Positions 11,671 to 23,580 of a stretch of DNA of 64,000 bases are shown here, one piece after another. Under the pieces are notes generated by a model. That model was not told where the DNA came from, searched no databases, and saw nothing but the letters and a program-made list of their open reading frames with translations. Source of the DNA: Antechinus flavipes (taxonomy: Eukaryota); NCBI RefSeq assembly GCF_016432865.1, contig NC_067402.1:286068001-286132000 (forward strand), written 5' to 3'. How positions within the stretch are numbered: the first letter of the stretch is position 1; each line of letters begins with the position of its first letter. The translations under genes and the position numbers were made by a program.

Positions 11671-13269
11671 GTACGCTCTGCCGAGCCGGGACCCAGCTTC
11701 CCCCCGGCCCCCCGGCCTGCCGAGCCGAGTCTCAGGCCCTGGCCTGGGACGTCGGACACCTGGCCTCTGGTCCCAGCTCTGCCATGGCCAGCACTGATAT
11801 CTCTGATATCACGTGACCTCACCTGTAAAATGGGAGGGCCTCTCTGTGTCTCCTGTTTGCCTTTCAGGGGCGGTGTGATAACAGAGTGATGAGAAATCAA
11901 TCATGGGGGTATTTAGTAAGCACCTACTGTGTGCCAGGTGCCATGCTAAGTGCCAGGGCCGTAGGAACAAACAGGCCCTAGCTTAGAGACAATTGGGTAT
12001 TTCTACTGGAAACAGAATAAATTCAAAGGCAGCCTGGGAGGAAGGGCGGCAGCAGTTAGGGGGATCAGGCAGAAAAGACAGAGCTGGAAGGAAGGAAAAG
12101 AGAGATTCTGGGAAGAAAAAGTGAGGGGGTGATAGAAAGGTACAAAAACAGGGGTGAGATCCTTCATGGAGGCTGGGGGGCAGGGCGCGGGAGGGACCCA
12201 TGGCCATCGAGGCTGGGAAGGACTTAAAGGGGAGTTTCTGTGTTATCCTCCTTAGGGAGTCTTTGGGGGTTATTGAGGAAGGGGGAGCGAGCGCCAGATC
12301 CACCATTAAGGGAGGTCACTTTAGCAGGTTCCAGGACAGATTCCCAGATCTCCAAGGGTGAGGAGGTGGACAGTGTAGGCCGGGCCAGGGGCCAGAATGT
12401 TAAATGGAGAGAAGGGTCAGAGGAGAGAGATGTTCCGGAGGCAGAAAGGGTAAGAGGGGGCAGCTAATTAGTGGCAGGAAGCCAGGAGCTGAGGCTCATG
12501 GTGATGAGGCTTAGAAATGCAGGGAAAGTCCCTGAACGGTTTTGGGTGGGTTTGTCCAGTCTCTGCTCCCCCCCATAAGTCCTTGACCTCTGCAGACCCT
12601 GTTTGTACAGTGGGAGGGTTGGGCTCCTCTCTGTCCTCTGGCTGACTGGTGGGGTCCCCGTGACTTGAGGAGGGGCCACTCCAGGACTGCCCTCGGTGGG
12701 AGGGGAGTCCAGGTCCTGGAAGGCTGTGCTCGCCCGATGGAGACCATGGCCACCAAGCCAAGGACAAGGTCCTGGGTGGGAAGTGGGGCTTCTCACGTCT
12801 ACAAAGGAAACAATATCATAGGGTTAAAAACCAGATTCCCAGAGCCTCGATTAGGCTCTCCAGGATATGGGGAAAGGGTGGTCACACGGACAGAGCACAG
12901 GATTCCCAGAAGATGGTTCAAATCCACATCCATGCGGATTGTGACTTTTTCCTCAGTTTCCTTGTCTGTAACAAGAGGGAAAGATGAACTAGATGGTTTC
13001 TGAGGGTCCTTCCAGCTCTTTTTAGAACTGTAACAGCCTCAGCTTCCCCATCTGTAAAAGGAGAATATTGGGACTAGATACAAGATGCCTGGAGTAAAAT
13101 ATGGGAGGAGTAGATATCTGAGGTAAATCTTCCAGCCTGGGACTCAATTTCCTTATTTGTAAAACTGGAATAAGAATATGGCTACGACTTATATCACAGA
13201 ATTATTAAGGGGAAAGAGTCATAGAAATTAAAAATTGCTTATTATTGGGGGGAAGGGGAAAGGTGAGAA

Positions 13270-13480
13270 GCATTTGCTAAGCACCTCCTATGTGTATTGG
13301 TACTATGCTAAGCACTTTAGAGTTTCTCATTTGATCCTCACTACTACCCACAGAAGGGCCGTTATTACCCTCTTTTTACAGATGAGGAAACTGAGGCAGA
13401 CAGGTTAAGCAGCAGGAAATGTCTGAGACCAGACTTGAACTTAGGATTGACTTCCTGACTCTAGGCCCAGGACTATCCAG
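13270..13480 (-). mobile_element. MIR/marsupial CORE-SINE remnant
   Basis: 'ctttttacagatgaggaaactgaggcagacaggttaag...tgaacttagg...cttcctgactctaggccc'. Confidence 0.65.
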
Positions 13481-14204
13481 CTGATTTTACCCAGAGAAGC
13501 TTTTATAAGAGATTAACAGACTCTCCCTATTGTAATTAAAAAAAAAAAAACTCAATCTATATCTATCTATCAATTGATGGATTACATCAATATCCCTTTC
13601 TTATCAGCAGAGCTGACCTTGAGGGTACAAGAGCCTAGATTTGCAACCTGTTAGAAATAACAGAACTCATCTGGCCGGGTTCTATCATTTAAAAGGAGTT
13701 TCAAATTGAAGGGAGAGGGGAAGGTTCTTGACCAGGATCAAAGAAATCCCAGAGGCAAAAATCAGAACGTTTCCCTCTGTCAGGTTCTGAAATAAATCAA
13801 AATGTGAATTGAAGAAGAAAGTGTCTTTAATTGAGGTGATTAACGGGGCAATAAACCAGCCATTCTGGGGGATATCCAGTAGATTTTCCAGTTCTAAGAC
13901 TGCCTTTACTCCGCCATCTTGGCTCCACTTCCAACTCGCTTCTGAAACCATTAGGAGAAGAGGGGAGGAGACAGTCAGGGAGGCCTGGTGGGTGGCCCTT
14001 GGCAATCCGGGAGAGGTAAGCCGCCTCATTTGGCTGGTTTGCCCTTCACGCCATGAATCCCAATGGAAGGAGGCAAGGACATCAAAGGTCTAGATCCAGC
14101 TTGAGCCAGACTCCCCTACAGGGTGAGATCTCAGGATGGAGGGAACTTGAGCTGTGATTCTGCTCAGTCTAATCAAGAACAATTGTCATAGGAAGAGAAA
14201 TATA

Positions 14205-14450
14205 AGGAATATATATCTAATAGATAAAAAATATGTTATATATTTATATTATATATAAATCTACAATATTTTATATATTTATTCGATGTAGTTATATTAT
14301 TATATAAATATGTACTATTTTATATATTTATGCATTTGTTTAATGTATTTATGGTATCATTATATAAATATGTACTATTTTATATATTTAATATATTTAT
14401 ATTGTATATAAAATGCATATTTATATAATAGAAATATAAGAAATAAGAAA
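14205..14450. repeat. AT-rich low-complexity tract with an internal duplication of about 60 bp
   Basis: 'tattatataaatatgtactattttatatattta' occurs twice about 60 bp apart. Confidence 0.8.
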
Positions 14451-15218
14451 TTCCAACATTACGAGATCATTTTAGGAACGGCACCCCTATTGCATTTGGT
14501 ATTAACAATTTTGGTCGTTATAGTAATAATTTTCTATCACCTCCAAACCCCTTATGGGTCCAAGTGAGCAGCCACAACAGAACCCCTCCCCCCTCTTCTT
14601 TCTGTTTCTGAAATGACACTGGGTCAAACACAACCTTTGACCTCCCAGAATGCTGGCCTGGGGACCGTGCACTCGGTCTTTCCCTCTGGGGGCCTTCTCT
14701 GTGGAATCTCCTGGGTGAATTTCTCTGGGCTCTTGGACTTCTCCTGAACATAGTTTCTCACACCAGGAGCGCGTCCCGGTGCCCACTCGATGGCCCCCTC
14801 TCTGAGCACGGGGCTGCCTCACGTCCGTTTTGGTGTCCCCAGCAATATTTAATAAATATATCATTAATGTGGTTACTATAATGACCTTTAATGAATGTTT
14901 GTTGAATGATGAATGAATCAAATTAAGGATTTCAACTGTGAGTTCCTTCTCTGTGTTTAAATTTTAGCACTTAATGTTCCTTCAGTTCTGGTGTTTTACA
15001 TTCCAAGGTTCTCCCCAAGTCCGCAGGCAACCAGCTGCTCCGACATTCCCTGGTCTCCCTGTTCTTCCCTGTTCTTGGGCCTCCCCCGGCCCTGACGTTC
15101 TGAGACACTGAAGCCCCGCGGGCCGGTCCTGCTGAGCGGCCCGGCCTGGGCCTGGGTGGGCGGGGGGCAGACCCCTGACCCCCGCGCCTCAGCGGGCATT
15201 TCTCTGCACCCCCTACAG

Positions 15219-15320
15219 AGCATCCACAAAGCCCTGGAGGAGAAGATCGCCCGCTTCCACAAGAGGGAGGACGCCATCCTCTACCCCAGCTGCTTTGATG
15301 CCAACGCCGGCCTGTTTGAG
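15219..15320 (+). CDS. GCAT: GCAT exon 3
   Basis: ctacag| SIHKALEEKIARFHKREDAILYPSCFDANAGLFE |GTAGGT. Confidence 0.97.
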
Positions 15321-16367
15321 GTAGGTGGGCTTGGGCCTGGCAGGCCTCAGGGCCTTTGGGGGACTGGGGACCAGGGGCTGGAGGTGGACAGAGGCTGGCG
15401 GCCTCAGGGGGGCCATGTCGGGGCTTCCATGTCGGGGCTTCCACGTGCGCCACAGTCAGCGGAGTCAGATTCCGACCCCACGCCCAGAACATAGACTGCT
15501 GGGACCAGAGGAAATGGACCCTGGTCACGGAGGGAAGGATGGTGAAAGGGAAGAAAGTGATGGGTGCGGGGGGAGGAACCCCAATGCAAATTCTGTCTGG
15601 CCCTAACCAGTCTGTGCCTGAATGTCCTGCTCTATAAAATGGGAGTGGAGCAGAGGAGAGAAGTCACTTAACCTGCCAACCTCAGTTTCTCCATCTATAG
15701 AATGGGAATCATAATAGCAGCTACCTACTCCCAGGGTGATGAGGCTCACAGGAGATAATATTGTACGGTTCTCACATAGTAGGTGCTTAATAAATGCTTG
15801 TTCCCTTTCATCCTAAATGTGATATTAAAAAAATCAACAAAAATGAGATTAAAATGTCAAAATATACAGCTAGGGAGATAAGTGACAAGATCCTTGTTCA
15901 GAGGCCTAGGATCCCCACTAGTGACATAAGAGGAAAAGCGAACGACAGTAACAAGAGAAAAATGTCAAAATGTCAGCATATAAGTAAAGACAGTCTCCAA
16001 CATGCTACCAGAGCAGTCTGGTGTCAGCTCTCTCCTCTGAAAGTTAATAAGTATGTAACTATGATTAAAATTAATGAGGAGGAGGAGGAAGAGAAAGAGG
16101 AGGAGGAGGAGAGAAAAAGATGAGAGGTCCACTCTGTGGCTAAACTTCAGTGAGCTGATGGAGATACATCCTGAGGTTGGAGGGGCCGGAAGGATGCCGG
16201 CCTGGGTCAGGCTGAGCTTTTAGGTTTAGAAGCGAGGGCCGGTCCCCAGCCAGGCTAAGATGCCCCAGAGGTGATGGGGCAGTCCGGAGCCAGGAAGGGG
16301 TAGCGTGTGATATTGGTCTCTGCTCTGCTTCCTCCCTCCCCTGCTCCCCCCCGTCGGCTCCTTCCAG

Positions 16368-16514
16368 GCCCTGCTGAGCCCAGAGGATGCTGTGTTGTCC
16401 GACGAGCTCAACCACGCCTCCATCATCGACGGCATCCGCCTCTGTAAGGCCAACAAGTACCGCTATCGCCACCTGGACATGGGCGACCTGGAGGCCAAGT
16501 TGCAGGAGGCCCAG
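16368..16514 (+). CDS. GCAT: GCAT exon 4
   Basis: cttccag| [49 protein letters not shown] |GTATCC. Confidence 0.97.
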
Positions 16515-16621
16515 GTATCCAGATAGTGACAGACAGTGTTCCTGACTCAACTTTTCTGGCTTAAGATTCACAAAGTCCTTTTCTCACAACAGCCTCGTGA
16601 GATGAGGTAGCTCATGTCTTG

Positions 16622-17125
16622 TTATCGAGAGAGGGAGGGAAGGAGAGAGAAAGGAAAAAGGAAAGGAGGAAGGGAGAAAGGAATGAAAGAAGGAAGGGAT
16701 GGAGGGAGAGAGAAAAGAAAGAAGAGAGGAAGAAAGGAAAGAAGGAAGGAAGGGAGGAAAAAGGAAGGAAGAGAGGAAAAAAGGAAAGAAGGGATAAAGG
16801 AAAGATGGAAAAGAGTGAGAGANNNNNNNNNNNNNNNNNNNNNNNNNNNNNNNNNNNNNNNNNNNNNNNNNNNNNNNNNNNNNNNNNNNNNNNNNNNNNN
16901 NNNNNNNNNNNNNNNNNNNNNNNNNNNNNNNNNNNNNNNNNNNNNNNNNNNNNNNNNNNNNNNNNNNNNNNNNNNNNNNNNNNNNNNNGGAGGGAAAGAG
17001 AAGAAGGGAGGAATAAAGAAAAGAAGAAAAGGAAAGAAAGGAAAGGGAAAGTGGAAGGAATGAGAAGGGAGAAAGGGAAAAAGGAAAGAAGGAAGAAAGA
17101 AGGAAGAGGAGGAAAGGAAGGAGGG
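16622..17125 (+). repeat. Polypurine (GA/GAAA-type) microsatellite spanning an assembly gap
   Basis: Almost pure A/G on both sides of the N run. Confidence 0.9.
16823..16988. other. Assembly gap (N run)
   Basis: N bases. Confidence 1.
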
Positions 17126-17643
17126 CAGCTCCCAGACAGTTTTCAGAGCAGGATTGACCCCAGCTGTCCTTGGACTCAGAAGTCCCATACTTCACACAAT
17201 CAGAAATCAGACCTCCTGGTCGGGGGTCCCAGCGATTACTGCTGCTTGGAGGTACAGAGCCCAGCCCCTGTCCTGTTGCTGAAACCCCTTTGTCTGTGTC
17301 CCTGTCTGATGCCCTGGATGGGGCCCAGAACTCCCCTAAGCAGGGGGCAGCCCCCCATGCTCTGCTCCGGGTGGTCCCGGCTCAGGGGCCCCTGTGTGTC
17401 CCCCCGGAGGCCTTCCCTGGGTCCCCAGGGAGTCCGGCGCTCGCTGGGTCTGTCGGCCTACGCTCCTGGCTCTCGCCTGGCCGGCCTCCCCCTCTCCCGC
17501 AGCAGCCGTTTTGCTCTGGGCGGGGCCCTGACCGGCTGCCCCGGAGATTTGTGCCTGGGCCCACAAGGGGAGCGGGAGCGGGGGCGCTCCCCAAGCCCAG
17601 GGGACGCTCCCCAAGCCCGGAGCCCGCCCTTGCTCCCCCGCAG

Positions 17644-17798
17644 AAGCACCGGCTGCGGCTGGTGGCCACAGATGGGGCCTTCTCCATGGACGGCGACATC
17701 GCGCCCCTCCGGGAGATCTGCCAGCTGGCGCACAAGTACCAGGCCGTGGTCTTTGTGGATGAGTGCCACGCCACCGGCTTCCTCGGGCCGAGCGGACG
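17644..17798 (+). CDS. GCAT: GCAT exon 5
   Basis: ccgcag| [51 protein letters not shown](R) |GTGAGA. Confidence 0.97.
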
Positions 17799-18449
17799 GT
17801 GAGAGGCCGGGATCTGTCCCCAGCGGCTCAGCCCGGGCCCGGGCTCTCGGCCGCCACAGCTTAGTGCAGCCTTCCCGGGGAACTGAGGCGAGGCCCTCCC
17901 AGACCGGGGCCTTCTCCCGGGTCCTCCTGGGCCCGGCTCCGCCCTGGCAGCGGGTTCTGGGGCCTGCTGAGGTTTGGGTCCCTCCCTCCCGAGGGGGTGA
18001 GCCCAGGCCCAGCTGTGGGCCTAAGCCCGGCCTGCTTGTCGCTCCCAGGACAGCACAGACCCCCAGAAACCAGGAGTTAAGGGGCTTTAGTAGAGACCGA
18101 GGCTGCGGAAGAGCGCCCCCCCCCCCCTGCACTGGCGGCCAGTGGGGCTTGGTTCTCCCATGGTGCCTCCGTCTCCGTGACCTGCGGGGCCTGCAGCTGT
18201 GGGGGGGAGGCAGGGGGAGAAGGGGGGTGACGGAAGCAGAGGAATGTGGCGGGGTACCCGCCCTCAGCAGCCCCAGGGGCTCGGACAGGAGGCCTGGGGA
18301 TTGAGCACTGGGGAGGGGGCCGGGGGGGGGGCCTTGGCGGGAAGGGTGTGTCTGGGAGCCCCCCCAACCAACCCTGCTCAGGGAGGACCAGGAGGGGGGC
18401 AGGGGCCCGTGCCCAGGGCAGCTAACGAGTGAGCTCCGTTCCCTTTCAG

Positions 18450-18532
18450 GGGCACTGACGAGCTGCTAGGAGTAATGGACCAAGTCACCATCATCAACTC
18501 CACCCTGGGAAAAGCCTTGGGGGGCGCCGCAG
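18450..18532 (+). CDS. GCAT: GCAT exon 6 (PLP-binding lysine)
   Basis: tttcag| (R)GTDELLGVMDQVTIINSTLGKALGGAA(G) with the STLGKALG PLP-lysine motif. Donor CAG|GTTGTT is weak. Confidence 0.93.
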
Positions 18533-18886
18533 GTTGTTGGACGTGTCCCCTTCCTCTGCCCCTAGCCCGGGTCCCTGGGGGCAGGAGAGGGCTCCTCCCC
18601 TCCTCCCTCTGTCCCTCCCAGACTGAGGGGTCGAGAGGGGAGAAGGGGGCAGAGTGCGCTCTAGCATCAGTCAGTGCACAAGCATTTATTCAGCACCTGC
18701 TGGCTTCCAGGCTGGAGATTTAGGTCCATTGAGTGAAACTTGCCTGGCCATGACTCCCGGTCCCTAATGATTCACCGTTTCTCCTGCCCGGCTCACGTGC
18801 AGAGCCCCTGGTTCTAGTCTGGGGGGGGGTCCCCGGGGACGCTGTGGGAGGATGCTCGGGACGGTGACCCGGCCTTCCTCTGCCAG

Positions 18887-19058
18887 GGGGCTACACGACG
18901 GGGCCCCGGGAGCTCATCGCCCTCCTCCGGCAGCGGGCCCGGCCCTACCTCTTCTCCAACAGCCTGCCGCCCCCCGTGGTGGGCTGCGCCTCCAAGGCCC
19001 TGGACCTGCTCATGGAGAGCGACGCCATCGCCCGGTCCATGGCTGCCAAGACCCACCG
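18887..19058 (+). CDS. GCAT: GCAT exon 7
   Basis: tgccag| (G)GYTTGPPELIALLRQRARPYLFSNSLPPPVVGCASKALDLLMESDAIARSMAAKTH(R) |GTGAGA. Confidence 0.97.
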
Positions 19059-19337
19059 GTGAGAGCGGCCCCGGGGAGTGAGGGAGAGCTCGGGGCCCCT
19101 CTCCCACCTCCTGCCTCAGCCCGGGGACCCCTGCCCCGCTTCGGGCCCCTCTCCCCCACCGCAGCCATTCTCCGGGCCAAGGAGACCAAGGCCAAAGCCC
19201 CTGCCCACGATCCGTCCCTCCCCGGCTCTCGCCCGCAGCCCAGCCAGAGCCCCGTTTCCCGTGCCCGGCCCCTCCCCTCCTGAGCCCAGACCAGGCTCGG
19301 GGACCAAGGCCATGGCTTCTCTCCTGCCCCGCCCCAG

Positions 19338-19459
19338 GTTTCGCAGCAAGATGGAGGCTGCCGGCTTCACCATCTCGGGCAAGGAGCACCCCATCTGCCC
19401 CGTGATGCTGGGGGACGCCCGGCTGGCATCGGTCATGGCCGAGGACATGCTGGAGAGAG
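19338..19459 (+). CDS. GCAT: GCAT exon 8
   Basis: ccccag| (R)[40 protein letters not shown](G) |GTGAGC. Confidence 0.97.
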
Positions 19460-19808
19460 GTGAGCCCGGGGCCCCCAGCCCGGACTCGGTTTCCCCAGGT
19501 GCCTTCGGACAAGATCTGCAGAGAACACGGAGTCTGTTGTTTTAGGGGCCGGGAAACAGGACTGAGGAGGAAACCGAGCTCCTCCCTCCTCCCCCCTCTC
19601 AGAACCCGCAGGGCTGAGGGGACCTGCTCCTCTGGCCCGACCCACAGAACCTCAGGCAGGGAGGAGCCTCAGCACGGGGGGGGGGGGGGGAGTGCCCTTC
19701 AGGAAGCCCCTCCCTCCCTGGGCCCCAGGGCCCTATTCTGTAAGTCAGGGGCTGGGGGACGCCATGGGGGCCGAGCTCAGAGCTCTGACGTTCAGGGCTC
19801 GCCCCCAG

Positions 19809-19960
19809 GAATCTTTGTCATCGGCTTCAGCTACCCCGTGGTGCCCAAAGGCAGAGCCAGGATCCGAGTTCAGATCTCGGCCGTTCACAGCGACGAAGAC
19901 ATCGACCGCTGCGTGAGGGCTTTTGTGGAGGTGGGAAAGCGGCATGGGGCCATCCCGTGA
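19809..19960 (+). CDS. GCAT: GCAT exon 9 (to stop)
   Basis: ccccag| (G)[49 protein letters not shown]. Spliced CDS totals 1278 nt = 425 aa plus stop. Confidence 0.97.
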
Positions 19961-21699
19961 GGATGCTCGGGCCTTCCCGGGGACAGGGGTGCCTCCGGGG
20001 AGCCGGAGTCCCAGCCCGCCCAGGCCTCCTCCTTCTGCCTCCCGGAACCAAGTGCCTGGAAACCAAAACAAGACTTTTTATATTTTCTGTTTTTTGTTCT
20101 GTAGTAAACGGCCCGCTGGGCTCAGAAATGACAAGTAGCCATTCAGAAATGGAGCCCATTGTCTCTTGGGTGGGAGTTACCGCCCTGGATGGCCCCCAAG
20201 GGAGGATGGTCCAGGAAGCGGTCCAGGATTTCTGGTGGGATGGATTGGCTCCCCCCACTGAGGGCCTGAGAGCGGGGGCTGGGCACAGAGACTCCCGGGT
20301 TTCTCAGGGATGCTCAGGGACAGCGTGTGGCCCCCATCCCTTCCCGGTGCAGACAGCGTGTGGCCCCCATCCCCTCCCGGTGCAGGCCGAAGGGCCCTCA
20401 CACAGGCCCCAGCCTTCTAAGCTGATGTCCAGGCTAGTCCAGCAAGATGGAGGGGGAGGAGAATCCTGCCCCCCCCCCCTTACATGGCCCTGTCCCAAAC
20501 CCCAGGGCTTACAGGGCAAAGGAGGGTCCTTCTGAGACGGGAACCTCCCAGCAGACCAAAGCTGTCCCTCGGGCGGGGGGTGAGCCTATCCACTCCCCCA
20601 CAACCCGTGTGTGCTTTTCTGCCTCAGAAAAGAGGGTCATTCCCTCCCCAAACTGAGACGACATCACCATACCCCTTCCCGGCTTTGCCCTTCTGTCTCC
20701 CCAGCCCTGGGCTCCGGGGCCTCAACTGCAACAGACCCAGGCCCAAACACCAGCTCAAAGCTGGACTGTCATAGATTTCAGGCCAGAGAACCTGGGTTTG
20801 AATCCCAAGCCCTACTCTGACCTTGAGTGCAGATTTAAAGGCAGGGGTTATTTAATCCAAGCACCTCATTTTATAGAGAAGAAAAACTAGCAAGTGGGAG
20901 GGTTCCACTGGGCGGCTCTCCCCGAGCCTGGAGCCACTGCTTGATGGGCTGGGGAGGGTGGGGGAGGGATCTCGCCTCCTGTAGGACGGAGCAAACCTGC
21001 TTGCACCGGCTCCCCTGACACTAGGCCTCTGACCCAGGTGGCCCCCGTGACAGCTTCAGGACCCCTCAGTTTATCGGCCCACCAAAGCAATTCATTAAGA
21101 AGAAGAATAATTAATTCCCAATTTTTTATTTTGGTAAATGCCTCATTTTTTTTAAATTTCAAAATGAACCTTATTTATGACTTTAAAAAATAATAATATT
21201 AATTTAATTAATAATACACAGAGCCAGTGCCTTAAGGTATACAAAGTGTTTTACATTATCCCACTGAAACCTCCCATCCTTTCCACGCACATACCCCCAG
21301 TTTTCACCCTACGCTGAGTCTGAGAAGGACTAGGCCAAGGTCACACAGTAAGGGTCAGCACAGTATTTGTACCCGGTTCTGACTCCATATTGAGGCTGAT
21401 TCTCTGGAATAAAAGGTGTGAGGCAGCTGAAGCTCCACTTTAGGGTGAGGGAGGGAGCTTTCCAAGGTACAGGATGGAGAATGGATTTGAAAAGGTCCTT
21501 GGATGGGGCAGCTCTTAATGGTGGAGGGTCAGGCAGGGGGAGGGAGGTCTGGGAATTTCCAAAGGGATTGCACTCAATTTGGGTCTGCCCCAGTAGGGAC
21601 TGGCCCCTGCCCCTTCTTAGATGCTCTGGAGAGCAAAGGGGAGAGGGGAGTGGGGAGGCTTAGGACCCAGCTGTTTGGGCTTTGAGAGCCGGAGCTCGA

Positions 21700-22900
21700 G
21701 GCCCCCAAGGTTGGCAGAGCCATAAATATGCAGTTGTGGTCCCTACCCACGATGGGATGGGGCTGCCCTGCCCCCACGGCCGGGGATCCTGCCTGGCCCA
21801 GGAGGAGGGGCTGCCCACGCAGGGCCGGAATCCCTTACTTCCCTCTGGGTGGGCTGGGGCAGGAGAACTGGCCGTGGTCCCACCTGTTCGGCTTGGTGAC
21901 CCTGGGACGGGAGGAAGGGCGGTGAGCAGAAAGCTGGAGAGCTTTCTCCTTTTTCGGAGGCGAGATCCTGCGGAGTTTAACCCCGGAAGGGGGGTCCCGG
22001 CAGCGGGGCGGGGGCGCCCCGCTTTTTGCACGTGGCCACCGGCGCCAGATGCCCCACCGCAGCCTCCGGGCCCGGGCCGCGGCGCCCCGCCGGGAGCTTG
22101 ATGTGGGTGGCCTGGGTGGGGCCGTAAACCTCGCAGGGGCGTCACGAGCAGCCACCGAGAGAGTCACGCGGCGTGGGCGGCCCGAAGTCGGGCCGGGTCC
22201 GCCCAGGCCCGGGGGCGCGGGAGCGGCGCGGTCCGCCAGCCACAGGCTGCGCGCCCCGTGCCCCGGCTCCGGTCCCGGGCCACGTCGGGCAGCTCCCGAG
22301 ACGGCGCCTGCCAGCGTGCGTGGGCCGCGCGCGGGGCCCAACCCGGCCCCCGGGGTTCTGGCTGCAGCTCCGCGGGAGCGGTTCCCAGAAGTTCTCCAAG
22401 TAGCCAAGGAGACGCTGCGGGCGACCAGGGGCTCGGGCTTGGCCTGGGCTCCGGGCGCGGGGCCCGCCTTCGGACGCAGCGCGCGCCGGGCTCCCAACCC
22501 TCCTCCGGTTCGGAGCTGGATGGGACCGAGAGCCCCTGGGGCTCCCGCGCTTCGTCTGTCTGGCCCCAGCCCCTAGAAGGAGCCTCTCCTCTCACTGGAA
22601 AGATCCCACCTTGGAAAGGGGGCCCTTAGCTCCCAGGCGGGGCCTGGTCCGGCCTTGGGGGGGGGTGACTGCACAACGGACCCCCACTTCCCAGTACGCA
22701 CAGCCGGCCCGCAGCCCCAGAGACTGCCCGGATGTGGGGCTCGTCGAGGCCCCCTGGAGAACAGGGGACATTTAACCTCTCCCGTCTCCCACGCTCCGAG
22801 CGCACTTAGACGGGACTCCACTCCGTGATGGAGGCAGGGCAACAAGGTGATCTCCGGCTGCTTTCTGGCCCAGAGCCCCTAGCAGATAGACACCCTCCAA
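21700..22900. promoter_or_regulatory. CpG island without an obvious coding exon (candidate GALR3 distal promoter)
   Basis: Dense CpG and high GC between the GCAT end and GALR3. CACGTG near 22029 and TATA-like CATAAATA 21721-21728. Function is inferred. Confidence 0.55.
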
Positions 22901-23349
22901 TTCTGTTCAGTGGCACGCGGGGCGCAGCAGGATCCTTCACCCTCCCCCTCAAAATGATGTTGGAGCTGACGGAAGGGGGGAGGGGAGAGTGGATCAGACT
23001 CAGCCCCTCCGGAGCCCCTTTCTCTTTATTCCTGCCAGCCGCGCCCCTCTCACTGAGACCCTCTCCCAGGGTCCCCAACCACAAAACCTTACAGCCCTCC
23101 CCGAGTGGGTTGGGAGAGTCCACTGGAACACCCATTCCAATTCAGCTTCCAGGCTTCTTACCCAATCCACTCAGGAGCACCTGGACTCTCTCTGTAAAAA
23201 CCGGAACTTCTGGACCAGCCCAAAGGAGAGCAAGACCCTATGGAGAGGAGAATGCGACTTAAAGAGTTTTTTCTATTTTCCATACAATGAAGAACTGGCA
23301 AAAGCCAAGGGAATCCAGCCTCTACTTTATTTTATTTGCTGATAATAAA

Positions 23350-23580
23350 TCATAAACAAATGTATTTTATTTTTTAATCTAAGTGTTTTATTTTCAAAAT
23401 ATATGCATGGATAATTTTTCAACATTAGCCCTTCCAAAACCTTTTGTTCCAGTTTTCCTTCCCCTTCCCCCACCTTCTCCCCAAGATCCCCGATCTATGT
23501 TTAACATGGTACAAACAGATGCGAAATCCAATATACCCACACATATTTATACAATTACCTTAAGAAATTTCTTTTAAAAC
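23350..23580 (-). mobile_element. L1 3' end fragment
   Basis: 'ttttattttcaaaatatatgcatggataatttttcaacattagcccttccaaaaccttttgttcc'. Confidence 0.8.

Noticed and set aside
16619-18304. 561-aa ORF
   Set aside because: Bridges a purine microsatellite and an N gap and crosses GCAT exon 5 out of frame.
18814-19512. 232-aa antisense ORF over GCAT exons 7-8
   Set aside because: GC-rich shadow with a non-ATG start and no recognisable domain.
22049-22629. Several 120-220 aa ORFs in the orphan CpG island
   Set aside because: Ala/Gly/Pro/Arg-rich in multiple frames on both strands, typical of CpG islands.
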